Notes under the pieces: model-generated
Told to the model about the DNA's origin: nothing
Database searches by the model: none
Seen by the model: the letters and a program-made list of their open reading frames with translations, nothing else
Assembly (NCBI GenBank): GCA_037447605.1
Contig: CM074807.1
Location: forward strand, 2,862,327-2,926,326
Source: Zygnema circumcarinatum SAG 698-1b
Lineage: Eukaryota > Plantae > Zygnematophyceae
Direction of reading: 5' to 3'
Length of the DNA: 64,000 bases
Translations under genes and position numbers: made by a program
Shown here: piece after piece, positions 38,201 to 48,500 of the stretch
Layout of the letters: every line of letters begins with the position of its first letter
Numbering within the stretch: position 1 is the stretch's first letter

Positions 38201-39653
38201 GCTCTTAAACAAGAAAGGTCACTACTTAAACCATGAAAAAGAACAATGCTGAAGTATGCTGGAGGAGGAAATCTGTATATAGAAAAAGGGCTTGATCCTT
38301 CACAAACGCATCAACTCAACCTTCAATTGACTGTAAGAGAGTGCATTCTTGCTCACATTTTGAATGTGCTCGAAGATGTCGAGGGTGGCAAGCTCTGTTA
38401 CTGCCTTCATTGTGTGTGTCTTACCACTGCTCGTCATTCCATATGCAAAGATGGATGCTGCAGCAGTCATACATGAATCATGAGCTCCTGCACTCATACG
38501 TCCTTCTGTGCATGCAGATAGCTTTACATGCTTTAAGCATATCACCAATATTGGAGTCGGAGCAAGCTGTGCATACCGTTCACTCCGGCAAGTGCAGACA
38601 AAACAACATCCTGGGCGCCTTCTGCGTAAACCTGCTGGGACTCGCATGTAGGACCAAAAACTCGATCTGCTCAACAATCAGCGCTCCCAGTGTCATACAC
38701 TCATAGCCTGGGGCCCTGCCAGAGATAATTGAATTGGGTGGTCTTTTTTTGCAGATTTTTGAAGGTGTGTTGTGCTATACCAACAATTTGCAACCCCTTT
38801 CAGACTAAATTGAAGTTTAAAAATTACACATGAAAGGGACTGGCTGGCTGTGAAGCCCACATGGAAGAATGCCTCCAAGATATCCAGACGCCTACAGTAG
38901 CGGCAAACGAAACCCTAAGTGCAGTTTGAGACTCATTATTTGCCACGATGCAAAAGAGAACCTGGCAATGCCCTAACTGAAAAGGAACAAAGCAACCTAC
39001 GACAGCTATAGTTGCAGGAAAGGATGCAAAAGAGCTGTGAGCATACCAAAATGGTATGCAGCGGGATACGGGCTGCGTTCAGGCAAAGCCTCCATAAAAC
39101 GGAGAGTATGTTTATCTGGACACTGCCACACACCGACGTCACGCAGGGCCAGCTCCTTCTCGCTTAGAGGGCGGACCCTAACTGTGACAAAGATCTTCTC
39201 CTCACCGCCGCTTCCACCCCCTCTCTCGATGTTATCTGCCATGGTCTTTCCAGGCTTCTGCCGGGGGCTAACGCTACGTTTATTTGTAGCAGACATATGC
39301 CCTAAAGCACGCACGGACCGCTGCTGTTTGGGCGTACTATGGGGGGCAGGAGACATCCATTCTGGTGCTTCCCCGTCCAGCGGTCCCTTCATTGCCGCCT
39401 CGCTAATTGCAAAGGCATCGAATCGCCTTGAATTCGACTGCTTGTCGTCGTTTTTAACAGGCGAACGCTCACTGAAGGGACTCACCGCGTAGGGCTCATT
39501 GTTTGCGTGAGGAGTGATCAACGGAGAAGTGGCAGTCGGAGTCATGTACGGAGTATCTACAGGCTCCGCAGGCTCATCCGACGGCCATGGCCTGTAACGA
39601 GAAGAGGTAGGAGAGTAGAAAGTGGGTGCAGGAGTTGGTCCGCGTGCAGCCAT
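32218..39653 (-). CDS. NACK1: Kinesin-7 (NACK1/HINKEL/TETRASPORE-like) with C-terminal DUF3490-type domain
   Basis: Motor motifs across exons: [90 protein letters not shown]. The C-terminus reads [36 protein letters not shown] and [12 protein letters not shown]. Confidence 0.92.
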
Positions 39654-40966
39654 GGCTTGCGCTTCCAGGACTCCGCGAGTGCAAGGCGCCTGCGCTGGCG
39701 GCAGCCCTGCTGCATCGCTCCTTCCTTCCGTCCTTACTTCCCTCCCTCCTTCCTGCTGCCTCCTTGCCTTTCGCCTGCTGGGCAGGCGGGCGGGCGGCCC
39801 GCGCAGAGCCAGAGCCAGACCCAGAGCCAGCCCCCGCTCCCTCCACCCACCGTGCCATGCCATGCCATGCCATGCCATCCCATGCCACGCCATGCCATTC
39901 CATGCCATGCCATGCCATGCCATGCCATCCCATGCCATGCCATGCCATCCCATGCCATGCCATGCCATGCCATCCCATGCCACGCCATGCCATGCCATCC
40001 CATGCCACGCCATGCCATGCCATCCCATGCCACGCCATGCCATGCCATCCCATGCCACTCCATGCCATGCCATCCCATGCCACACCATCCCAAGGCGTGC
40101 CGTGGCGTGTGCGCGCGCTATGCATGTGCCACCTTGACTATGACCATGACCATGTACATTGCGACCTGAGGCCCGGCGGGCCCATGGAGCCATGAGTGAC
40201 GCATGGCATGGCGTGGCATGGGATGGCATGAGATGGCATGGGATGGCATGAGATGGCATGGCATGGCACGGTGGGTGGAGGGAGCGGGGGCTGGCTCTGG
40301 GTCTGGCTCTGGCTCTGCGCGGGCCGCCCGCCCGCCTGCCCAGCAAGCGAAAGGCAAGGAGGCAGCAGGAAGGAGGGAGGGAAGTAAGGACGGAAGGAAG
40401 GAGCGATGCAGCAGGGCTGCCGCCAGCGCAGGCGCCTTGCACTCGCGGAGTCCTGGAAGCGCAAGCCATGGCTGCACGCGGACCAACTCCTGCACCCACT
40501 TTCTACTCTCCTACCTCTTCTCGTTACAGGCCATGGCCGCCGGATGAGCCTGCGGAGCCTGTAGATACTCCGTACATGACTCTGACTGCCACTTCTCCGT
40601 TGACCACTCTTCACGCAAACAATGAGCCCTACGCGGTGAGTCCCTTCAGTGAGGGTTCGCCTGTCAAAAACGACGACAAGCAGTCGAATTCAAGACGATT
40701 TGATGCATTTGCAAATGGCGAGGCGGCAATGAAGGGACCGCTGGACGGGGAAGCACCAGAATGGATGTCTTCTGCCCCCTATAGTACTCCCAAACAGCAG
40801 CGGTCTGCGCTTGCTTTAGGGCATATGTCTGCTACAAATAAACGTAGCATTAGCCCCCGGCAGAGGCCTGGAAAGACCATGGCAGAAAACATCGAGAGCG
40901 GGGGTGGAAGCGGCGGTGAGGAGAAGATCTCTCACACAGTTAGGTCTCGCTCTCTAAACGAGAAGG
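39155..40966. repeat. Long inverted duplication (palindrome): arms 39155-39860 and 40261-40966, (CCATG/CCATC)n satellites and a roughly 110-bp unique spacer in the centre
   Basis: Paired coordinates sum to 80121 throughout, so there are no indels. About 30 substitutions over 706 bp, counted by eye. Confidence 0.97.
39852..40268. repeat. (CCATG/CCATC)n pentamer satellite 39852-40090 and its inverse 40201-40268
   Basis: Directly visible; source of the MAWHG/HAMPC ORFs. Confidence 0.95.
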
Positions 40967-43900
40967 CAAAAAAATCAGAGGGAAATCAGAGGAATTCTAA
41001 GGCTGCAACCGTGAAACGCATTCCAGTTCCTGGAGTGAGGGAATTCCTTGACCAAGACTCTAACTTGTTGAGGTCACGTTTTTTCCGGCCACCGCATAAA
41101 TATATCCATACTTCGGATGGAGAAACGCAGCTGACACTACCAGAATGTACTCGCATAGTGTATGATATGGACACAGATGATGAGGAATGGCTGAAGGAAA
41201 AAGAGCAGGAGAGGCTAGCAGGGGATATAACATTGAGTGCACCAATCTCGGAGGAACTCTTCGAGAATCTGATGGATAGATTGGAGAAGGAGTCGCATAC
41301 TTTGAATGAGCTAGTTATGCGTGACATGGCGTTGAAGTTGCTTGACGGGATTGCCCCGGAGGACGCAATCGAGTCTGTGCATGGACACTGGTTGCAGAAA
41401 CGAACAAAGAAAGGAATGCCACTTGTTCGCCAATTCCAGGTAAGGTAGACCTCCAAATGGTGCTCTTGGGATGAAGTTTATAATTGTGTTAGCATATCCT
41501 TTTTTGAAGTGGGATCCGTGACAGCAAATTGTGCAACTTCGTGACAGTTTATGAATAGTAGGGCCATTTAGCTGAGGCGATTGTATAGGAACTCGGGGGT
41601 CTAAGTTGCGGAGAGATGTGCCCAGTGCGAGGAAACATCGTCAGAAATTATGGCAGTTCAAGAAGATTAGTGGCATCACTTTCTAACCGGGTGTACAGGG
41701 TTGGACATACTTCCTGGAAAAGTTAGGTCTGGGTAAATTTCTCAGATTCGAGAAAGATTGGTTTGTAATCTACACACTCAGCAGCTTAACATTCCTGGGC
41801 GCTGACGCTGTTCAGACTGGTGGTCGTAAAATTCTTTTTTTTCCAGTAGATGCTTGGATTTTTGCTGTCCCTTCCTCCCTATGTTTAGAAGCTGCATCAG
41901 TGGTTTTGTAGCACTCCTGTGAGTTTGGCGAATGCTGACTTTGTTAGAATGACCCTGGAATTTTTGCAGCCACCACCATGGGAACAGTATCAGAGCCAGC
42001 AGGCAGCATGGCAAGCAGACATCCAGCAGATGATGCAGGCACAGCCAGGAGTAACGCGGCAGCAGTTACAGCAGCAACACAAGAGGCCACCCATCTTTGC
42101 ATTTTGCCTTCGCCCTCGAAGTCACCAGGACAAGCTGCAGCGTCAACGCTCTCACAAAAAGCTTGATAGATCTGCTACCGAACAGTCAGCTATGCCGAAT
42201 TCTCCAGGTGCGAGACGTGGATCAAGGGAGGCTACAGAAGCTGGAGATTTTCATCCGCATGCTACCACTGATTCATCAAAATCTCCTGCATCGCGCCAAG
42301 GAAAGGGGAGCAAGCAAAGTCGTGCGAACGGTGTGTAACGTTTTAGTGTATGCATTCCCTCATGCATGCACCCTTATCCCGCTTGATCTTTTCTTCTGTC
42401 CCTCTCCCATGCTTCCTGCCTATGTTGTTGAACAGAAATTGTTTAAATCTTACATGGGAATTAACATAATTTGAGTTTCTTTCATTCGTTCTGTGTTTTG
42501 TTCCTTCAGTGCATTTCTGTCTGAATGCTTGTGGTGGTGCGATTTGCAGTCTTTTAGTTTTTTAGGGAGAGCATCCGTGGTTTAGGATTGCTGTTTTAGT
42601 GGGCGTACATATGAAAGTATAACTTCGAAGAATTTGGAGATAAATGTACTTCTCTTTTTCTTTTGCAGGTTCAAAGAAAAAGAATGGACGTTCCAGGAGA
42701 AAATCACAGAGCGGTCGGCCTCAGAGCACAATTCTGGACCTCGCCGGAGCGTTTAAGGCGGTGGCTCAAAGGCAGCAGCGGTCAAGGCCTTCAGCTGCTT
42801 TCTTGGAGAAGATTTATAATAGCATTGCAGCCATGCCTCCGGACAACAGAGCTGTTCAAGATGCTTCCGGGAGTGCAGTTTTGGCAATTCCAGAGCCTTC
42901 AAAGTTGACAGTTCCACTGCCTGAAAGGGCTGCGAGGCAGGCCTCTGCCAGGAAGGCCCGGAGAGCAGTGATTGGAGAAAGGCGACTTCAGAGGAATGTA
43001 AATGTGTCAACGAGACTGGAAGCAGTGCGACCTATGCACATGCAAGACGCTGCTAAACTACAAGGATCTGGTGCGGTGGTTGACGCTCCAATGTTGATGT
43101 TGACTGAAGAAAGTATGGCAATGGAGCAAACGGTTTCCTTAGCCTTTCCTGTGAAAGCAGAACAAGTCGATGGCAAGAGAAGTGAGCTTCGAAGCCTGTT
43201 TCCTGGTACAGAAAGCGTTTCAGTAGCTCCCGGTGAAGAAGTGGCTTCGGCTGTGCAAGATGGTGCAAATGCCATGGGAATCTCGAGGGGTAATGTTAAG
43301 CCTCGTACCAAGAAGCGCAATTCATGGCTTAAACCAAAGAAGAGGATCAATAAAAGGGAGCAGAGAGTGAGGTTGATGGCTGCAGCTGCAGCCTCACGCA
43401 TGAAGAGAAAGGAGAGGCAGTTGGAGCAGCAACGGGAGTTGCAGCTTCTACAACAGCAGCTCGGGCTGGGTGCGCCTGATTTTGTAGGGGAGCAAGACCA
43501 GGTAGACGACGGAAAACCGGCAGTGTCTTCTCTGAGGGAAGGTGCACATGAGAACCTGCATGTAAAGACGGAAAATGGTGATGTCAGCACAGGCAGCCCA
43601 CCTGTTGTGGCCGTATACCAGCGTAGGAGTGAAAGCAGGAGAACGATGCCTCTGCACGAAGTGGGTTTAATTTCTGCAGAGCTGAAGAATCGACTTAGGG
43701 GTCTTATGGACCGGCAAATATCGGTAGGACGAACTTTAGACCAAAGGCCTGTGCAGACTTCTCCAGGTTCACTTATTGAATTGGACCAATCTGAGGGTGA
43801 TTCCGAGATTAGTCATGAAAATTTGCCTCAAGAACAGCTGGAATTGGGGCAACCTGAAGTGGATGAAGGATTTGCAGCTGCGAAGCGGATGAGGGATCAA

Positions 43901-44299
43901 GCTAATAGTTTGCGAGCAAATGCAATCAAGTTAGGGAAAGCTGCTGAAGTTGCGTTGGAGCGGGCGATTGCTGCGATGTCTGCAGCAGAAACGTTTGAGC
44001 ATGCTGTAAAGTTGGCTTCAGAAGAGAGCAATCACCGGCCTTCAAGTGGAATTGAAAGGCGATCTTTGCGACAAAAACGTAAGGTACGAGATAAGCCAGG
44101 TACAGCGGGGGCTCCCAAGGCTTCTCGGTCTATTTCAAGGCGTGGCCCTCTTGCCATGAAGAAGAGGAGGATGAGAAATAAGCTGTCGAAAGATGGTATG
44201 CAAGTGGATATAGAAATCGCTCTGAATGGGAAGCTTGAAGCTTTGCACTCAAATGGGGGCATTACAGAGTTAAGGAAGGACGGCATGGGAAGCGCTTGA
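40468..44299 (+). CDS. Chimeric gene: kinesin-7-derived N-terminus fused to an Enhancer-of-Polycomb-related (EPCR1/2-like) EPL1 domain and C-terminus
   Basis: Exons are 40468-41439, 41970-42330 and 42669-44299. EPCR-like motifs: NSKAATVKRIPVPGV, YDMDTDDEEWL, EELFENLMDRLEKES, HWLQKRTKKGMPLVRQFQ|PPPWEQYQ, RPPIFAFCLRPR, QRSHKKL. The first about 166 codons copy the kinesin N-terminus. Confidence 0.88.
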
Positions 44300-44798
44300 A
44301 ATGTGATTTACTATGTCTTACTGTTGTTGATCAGAATGTTGGCGCCATCTGTTGGCAAGCAAAGTCTCTGTTCTCTTCTTTGTGCAATTGCATCACCTTA
44401 CCACTTCTACGGACCTGTTCCTTTTTGCTTGCGACGACAGGTTGTGTGTGCAAAAGACATCGGGCAGGAAAGGAATACTATATCTTCCAGGGAAAGTGAA
44501 AACGGAAGGAAAGTGAAAGTGCTGTACAGTTCTGGTACTGTCTTGTACCGGAGAGAGAGACAAAAACTACCTATGTAGTTGGATGATTTGCACCGATCAT
44601 TGTACAGAGGATGGTTAGATTAATAAAATGACTATTCGTGCTGAAAGTGTACTGCAAAATAAAAGCACTTGTAGCGGGTGTTGGTATACTTGTTTGCATG
44701 GTACGATTCCTGCCCCTAAAGTAGCCTATCATGTTCTATTCTCGCCCTACTTACTTTCTTTGCACAACATGAAGTGAAAGGGTCGTTGACCAAACGAT

Positions 44799-44916
44799 GC
44801 GATGCCATCAAATGTACGTCGAAAAGAGAAAATGTCGAACCAATGCGATCGGTAACAAATGACCTTGAAAGTCTATGAGCGAAACTCTGCCTCTAGGCCC
44901 AACAACAACATGGCTC
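44799..44916 (-). repeat. Dispersed repeat copy B
   Basis: Shares an exact 25-mer with copy A (inverted) and the exact 14-mer GCCATCAAATGTAC with 58094-58107. Confidence 0.55.
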
Positions 44917-45535
44917 ATTCAGACCGCACGTTCGGCAGAATAAAACACGCATTGTACGACTAAGTCCCGACGGACTCGCGCTCAAATCGGAATATTTTCC
45001 GATATATCGTATCGCGGTATCGTACCGTATCGTATCGAAACAGAAACTAAAACACAAGCTCACGTGACGTGACAGCCACGGACGACCTCTTTAAGAAACC
45101 TTTTTAGTGTTGGTTGCAGACAGCGCGCTGTCTCTCATTCCCTGCAGCAGCAGGAGCAGGAGCAGGAGCAGGAGCCAGCTGGCTCGGCCTCGGCACTCAG
45201 CCTGCACTCTGGCCTGCATATGTGCAAGGGCTGTGGGTACAGTTTTCTGTGACAAGAAATAGGGCGGACTCGGCGAGTTTAGCTTCAATGGCTGGAAGCA
45301 CCGGCATCGCATTTTTAGGCTGTTGGAAGCTTTGAGAGCTTTTTTTTGTAGCAGGGCGGGACCTTGGAATAGCTCCCTCGTGAAGAATATATAGTGCAAT
45401 GTTTTGGCACGAGAAAATTGATGTGATCCTCAGCGTTTCCGAGTGGCCATGCTTGGTCTGAGCCAATGTCATGATGCAGGCCACATGCCTGCAGTCAAGA
45501 GCGTTTCGTTTTCTTTCCATGTTTTGTAGTCTGAG

Positions 45536-48500
45536 ATGTTGGCGTCAGCTGAACCAATGGTGTTGACGGACACGATGGACAAGGTGGCAGGGGCAGGGGC
45601 TGACCCGACTGCTGTTCCCGCAGTCCCTCCGAACCGTTCAAGCTTGAATGCGGAGGATGCTGTTCTCCCACGCCGGAAAGTTACAGCGTCTAGAAAGGGA
45701 AGGCCCAGGGAAGTCACTGCAGAAGAAGCAGAAGAATTTGGAATATCTGCAGAGCTTGGAGCTCGCGCTATGCGGCAGGTGACGAGGTTAACCAATTATG
45801 CGGACATGGATGCTGGGGTAGAAGGAGGTTCTGTGGACGAGTCACAAGCTAAGGTCAGGAGGAAGAAGCAGAAGCTCATGTCAGACTCTGATAGTATTGA
45901 AGCCCAGGTTGCTTTTACCCTTGGATTCCCTCCGGATTCTCTAATGGAGGAGGAGATAGAAGCAGGACTCGTGTCCACGTTGGGTGGAGTCGAGCAAGCA
46001 AGTTATGTGGCTGTGAGAAACTACATCTTATCAGTCTGGCGAAACAATGTTAACCAGTGGTTGACTATTGATCGAGTGAGTTAACGCCTTGCCCAGAAGT
46101 ATCAGGGTTGGGCACGTTGAAACCTCTTTGGAACTTGAATGTGGTCAGTGTTCGATTTGTCTTCAGACAGTGCCAAGCTTCTCTCAATACGTTTCGGAAG
46201 TTTCCATTTGAGAACGGCTGGGACTTTTGAACGGCAGTTTGACTAGTGTTCAACTTAGGACCTTAGGAAGAATCAGGGGGAGGGAGGGGGCAACTGATGA
46301 ATAAGTTGTTGGGGCAGCAGATTTTCGACTATGGCGCGCGTCAGTCACTTTCCTCACAATAATCAGGAGACTTTGTTGCGGACGTTAGCTGTTTTTACTC
46401 TGCGTCTTTAGGATATTAACTTGTCTTTCAAGCTCGTAATTATTGAACTATGTTCTCTTTAACGTTGGGCTTATCCAGATCATGGAGAGAATTCGTTCAC
46501 AACACAGGGCATTAGCAGAATCTGCTTACAAATTCCTTGTTTCTCGTGGCTACATCAATTTTGGTGTTGCTCCGGCGATTAGAGCTGCAATTCCTCAAGA
46601 CCTGAGCAAAGCAAGCGTTATTATTGTGGGAGCGGGCCTATCAGGTCTGGCAGCAGCTCGCCAGCTCTTGGCTTTCGGGCATAAGTAAGTACTAAACCCA
46701 GGCCTCTTCCTCCTTTGCTGTTTCTCTGTGGTTCCGTTAGCGTGTTTCCAACTAAGCCAAGGCAGTGTGAAGCCGAGGCTTCCTGTGAAACGTACTGACT
46801 ATCATAGTTCGACAGATAAGGGTGTACGACATTTAATGAGCATATGGATAAACCAGTAGAATGTTGTAATATTTTTTCCTGTACTTGGCCAAAAGCTGCC
46901 AAGAGAAGGGGGTGGCAGCTTCTCTGGCCACTTGCGTGGGTCTGAGGGGTTTAAACCGCACCTAGGATTTTGCGTCCTGCAGTTTAAGGGCTGCTTATTG
47001 TGAAAGTATGAGGTTGCTGTTGATCCTGGCAGGGTTATTCAGGGGTATTGGGTAGATCACGACTGTTAACGTGTCGAGCATTGCCGTTGTTGATGTGATT
47101 GGGACAATGGAATCCGAGCAGGCCGATATTTTAGACAGGATAGTATGTGTCTGTTTGCCAAAAGTAGGGAAATTTGGGGCGATTGCATATAGCTGGATGC
47201 TTGTAAGTTCTCAAAAAGTTTTGATAGGGCATCCTGTATTTCAGACAGATCCTTGTGCAAAGAGTTGAATGATCGTCGAACTGAGGCTTGGGACGCGCAT
47301 TGGTTGTTGCTTTGTATGTCTTTCTGCCTGGTTGCACAGATCATCTAAGGCGAATCCTAGCTGATCGGCTTCTTGGAACATCATAAATGCAGAGTAGTTG
47401 TGGTGGAGGGACGCCAAAGAGCTGGTGGACGTGTGTACACGAAGACGATGGAGCGAGACAACTTCTGCGCGGCTGCTGATCTGGGGGGAAGTGTCATCAC
47501 AGGCATAAATGGTAATCCCCTTGGTGTGATAGCTCGCCAGCTTGGGTTTCGCCTTCACAAGATTCGAGATGTCTGTCCATTGTTCACCCACGAGGGTCAT
47601 CCTGTAAGCGCAGAGTTGGACAAGAAAGTAGAGGAAGAGTTCAACTGGGTTTTGGAGCAGGCATCCAATTGGCGCAAGGAAATGGACCACGTGGCGGATG
47701 AAGTATCCTTAGGTACAACATTAGAGACTTTACGCGAAAGAGCCGGCATTGCATCCTCTCCAGAAGAAAGGCAGCTTCTGGACTGGCACATGGCAAACCT
47801 AGAATACGCAAATGCTGCTTTGCTATCTGATCTGTCTCTGGCCAACTGGGACCAGGATGACCCCTATGAAATGAGTGGGGATCATTGCTTTTTGGAGGGG
47901 GGCAATGTCAGGCTGGTCAATGCCCTGGCGGAGGGGCTTCCGATCTCCTACGGACTCACAGTTAAGGAGATAAAGTATGGACCGCAGGGAGTGAGAGTCA
48001 CAGCACTCAAGCCAGGTCCTGCTGGAGAGGCGGGGCAAGAGCAGGTTTTTGAGGGGGACATGGTGCTTTGTACAGTTTCTCTGGGAGTTCTGAAGCGTAA
48101 AGATAGCATTCGGTTTGATCCTCCTTTGCCCCAAAGGAAACAGGAAGCCATCGATCGGTTGGGTTTCGGTCTTTTGAACAAGGTATTCGCATTCTCCTGG
48201 CAGTTCTTCTATGTCCGGTTTATTACAGCCTCAAGTCTCAAGCCAATCATAACCCATACATGAATGATACCTTTTCCTTTGCCCCAGTAAGTCTCATAAG
48301 TCTAGATCCGTAGTGGAGGTTTTAGCAATCTCGTATATTGTTCTTAACGCCATCTAGCATTGGGCATTCTGATTGACGTCGCATGGTAGTTTTCCTTTAA
48401 CCTAATATTCCCGTATAGCTAATTGACCTTGCAGATCGCTAGCGAAAGAGGTAGCCAAGAGTGCAGTCCAGTGTGCTTGTTCTATCATTCATTAATCAAT

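Noticed and set aside
39507-40614. Overlapping MAWHG/HAMPC ORFs as novel repeat proteins
   Set aside because: They derive from the pentamer satellite and the antisense of the duplicated arms. In-frame upstream ATGs could extend the two real N-termini, but there is no evidence for that.
39155-40966. Palindrome as a pure assembly artefact
   Set aside because: The arms differ by about 30 substitutions and in satellite length, and each continues in frame into a different intact gene. Long reads are still needed for proof.
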